Origin: Octopus bimaculoides
Lineage: Eukaryota
Assembly: GCF_001194135.2 (NCBI RefSeq)
Contig: NC_068990.1
Span: 19,626,272 to 19,690,271 of the forward strand
Direction of reading: 5' to 3'
Length of the DNA: 64,000 nucleotides
The position numbers and the translations under genes were made by a program. Of this stretch, positions 62,651 through 64,000 are shown piece after piece (within the stretch, counting starts at the first letter, position 1; every line of letters begins with the position of its first letter). The notes under the pieces are model-generated. The model saw only the letters and a list, made by a program, of their open reading frames with translations, was not told where the DNA came from and did not search any database.

Positions 62651-64000
62651 TGGGCCTTGTGCCTAAAGTAGAAAAGGATCGACTTACTACTCCTCTCATA
62701 ATTTCTAGCTTTAAGCTAAAATTACAAACGATTATGTTTGAATATCCACCATTCAGACAAATGATTGTAAATGAAGAATTCATATAATTATGAAGAGTGC
62801 GATTGTGTTCTGGTATTTCGCTGATCTTCTTTAACCATTTCTTTGTCTTGCAGCATATTTCTTTAGAATGTAATGATATATATTAATGATACAAACTACC
62901 TTTTTTCTCTGTCTGTATATATTATCTGGGAAAGTAAATATATTTAAATAATGTTTTAAAACGAATGGATTAATATACAGAATGATAAATTGTTCGTCTG
63001 ATTATAAAAAAAAAAAAAAAACTTTCATTGTAAATAATTATGCTGAAAGCTTACACAGGTGCTAAAGAAATAATGGTATCGAAGGAGCAAATAAACTGAA
63101 AGGTGAATTGTGTTTTTTTTTTTTTTGTTTTTCTGCAGAATGAAACGTTACCTTTAAGATGACTTGTGGTTCAATTTATATGATGTGTACAATAAATACA
63201 CACACACACACACCGGTTAAAAAAGATTAGAGATTTTATACAAAATCAAATTCCTATATATAAAAGATGGAGGTGGAAATAGCAGAGAAGTAAGTCTAAG
63301 ACTTTTCAATTTAAGAGGGAATTTAATAAAAATTACTAAAATATTATATAAAGAAAATATTACCGGTTTCGATATATCTCATCTTATCAAATATGTGTAA
63401 AAAATTATTAAAATTTGGAGTAAAAACAGCTTCTCTTCTGTCTGGGGAGGGGTCAAGTGCATGTCTTGACCCTAGGCAGAACATAAACAATCTCTCTCTC
63501 TCTCTCACACACACATATATATATTTATGTACGTGTTACATATGTCATGCAAGAGATGAGCACTTGTGCATTTGAGTATGAAAGAGAAAGAAAGAGAGAG
63601 AGAGAGGCATGGCAAGTTCTTCTCTATGGTTCCCTCTGTTTCTCTTAGTTTTATGAATGCATTAACTGCGGTCAGTTTTCTGAAATTCACTTAACTGTCT
63701 TGTCTAGTCACGTGAACTATTTGAATAACATTCAAGTACATTTGACCTGACATAGAAAGCTTAATATATATTGTCCCCCGAATGAAGATACGACTGGTAA
63801 CGTATTAAAATGATATTTGTTTCCTTTACACAATTGCTTCTGAAATTAACTTACCAGTCACCGTGGTAATTCTATGCTTTCATATATATATAATCGGTCA
63901 CACAAATATAGTGTATGTACGCCGATACAATTTACATACTCAGAAATGCTTGTAACTTGTAACGTAATTTATTATTATATATATATATATATATATATAT

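Overview
AT-rich, microsatellite- and SINE-dense eukaryotic DNA from a gapped scaffold (about 15 N-runs). The repeat families point to an octopus-type coleoid cephalopod; this is an inference from recalled repeat families, not a database result. Almost the whole window is one intron. Two + strand exons (9093-9350 and 61788-61943) splice in phase 0 across 52,437 bp. They give ...RAARRPGYFVWNIFMVT|FLICSLAFTTFSVDKKYPQNRLQLSFTLVLTAVAFKSVVNQSLPRISYLTYM, the late extracellular domain, M1, M2 and M2-M3 loop of a pentameric ligand-gated ion channel. It is Cys-less and its M2 is strikingly ELIC-like; the other exons are not visible. Mobile DNA includes a Tc1 transposase 5' end, a decayed mariner, CR1-like and RTE-like LINE remnants, an open LINE ORF1 with a CCHC knuckle, and at least five tRNA-derived or RTE-tailed SINE families. 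The most unusual non-coding signals are three. (1) A tRNA-headed SINE carries a Penelope-type hammerhead ribozyme motif and an inverted partial copy of itself (60196-60530). (2) A ~750-bp terminally redundant repeat family has hammerhead-core-like motifs and direct-then-inverted rearrangements (35.6-40.8 kb). (3) A 3' terminal motif is shared by the commonest SINE and the sequence downstream of the LINE ORF1. ORFs containing X runs or microsatellite translations are artefacts. No CRISPR, rRNA or true tRNA genes were found.
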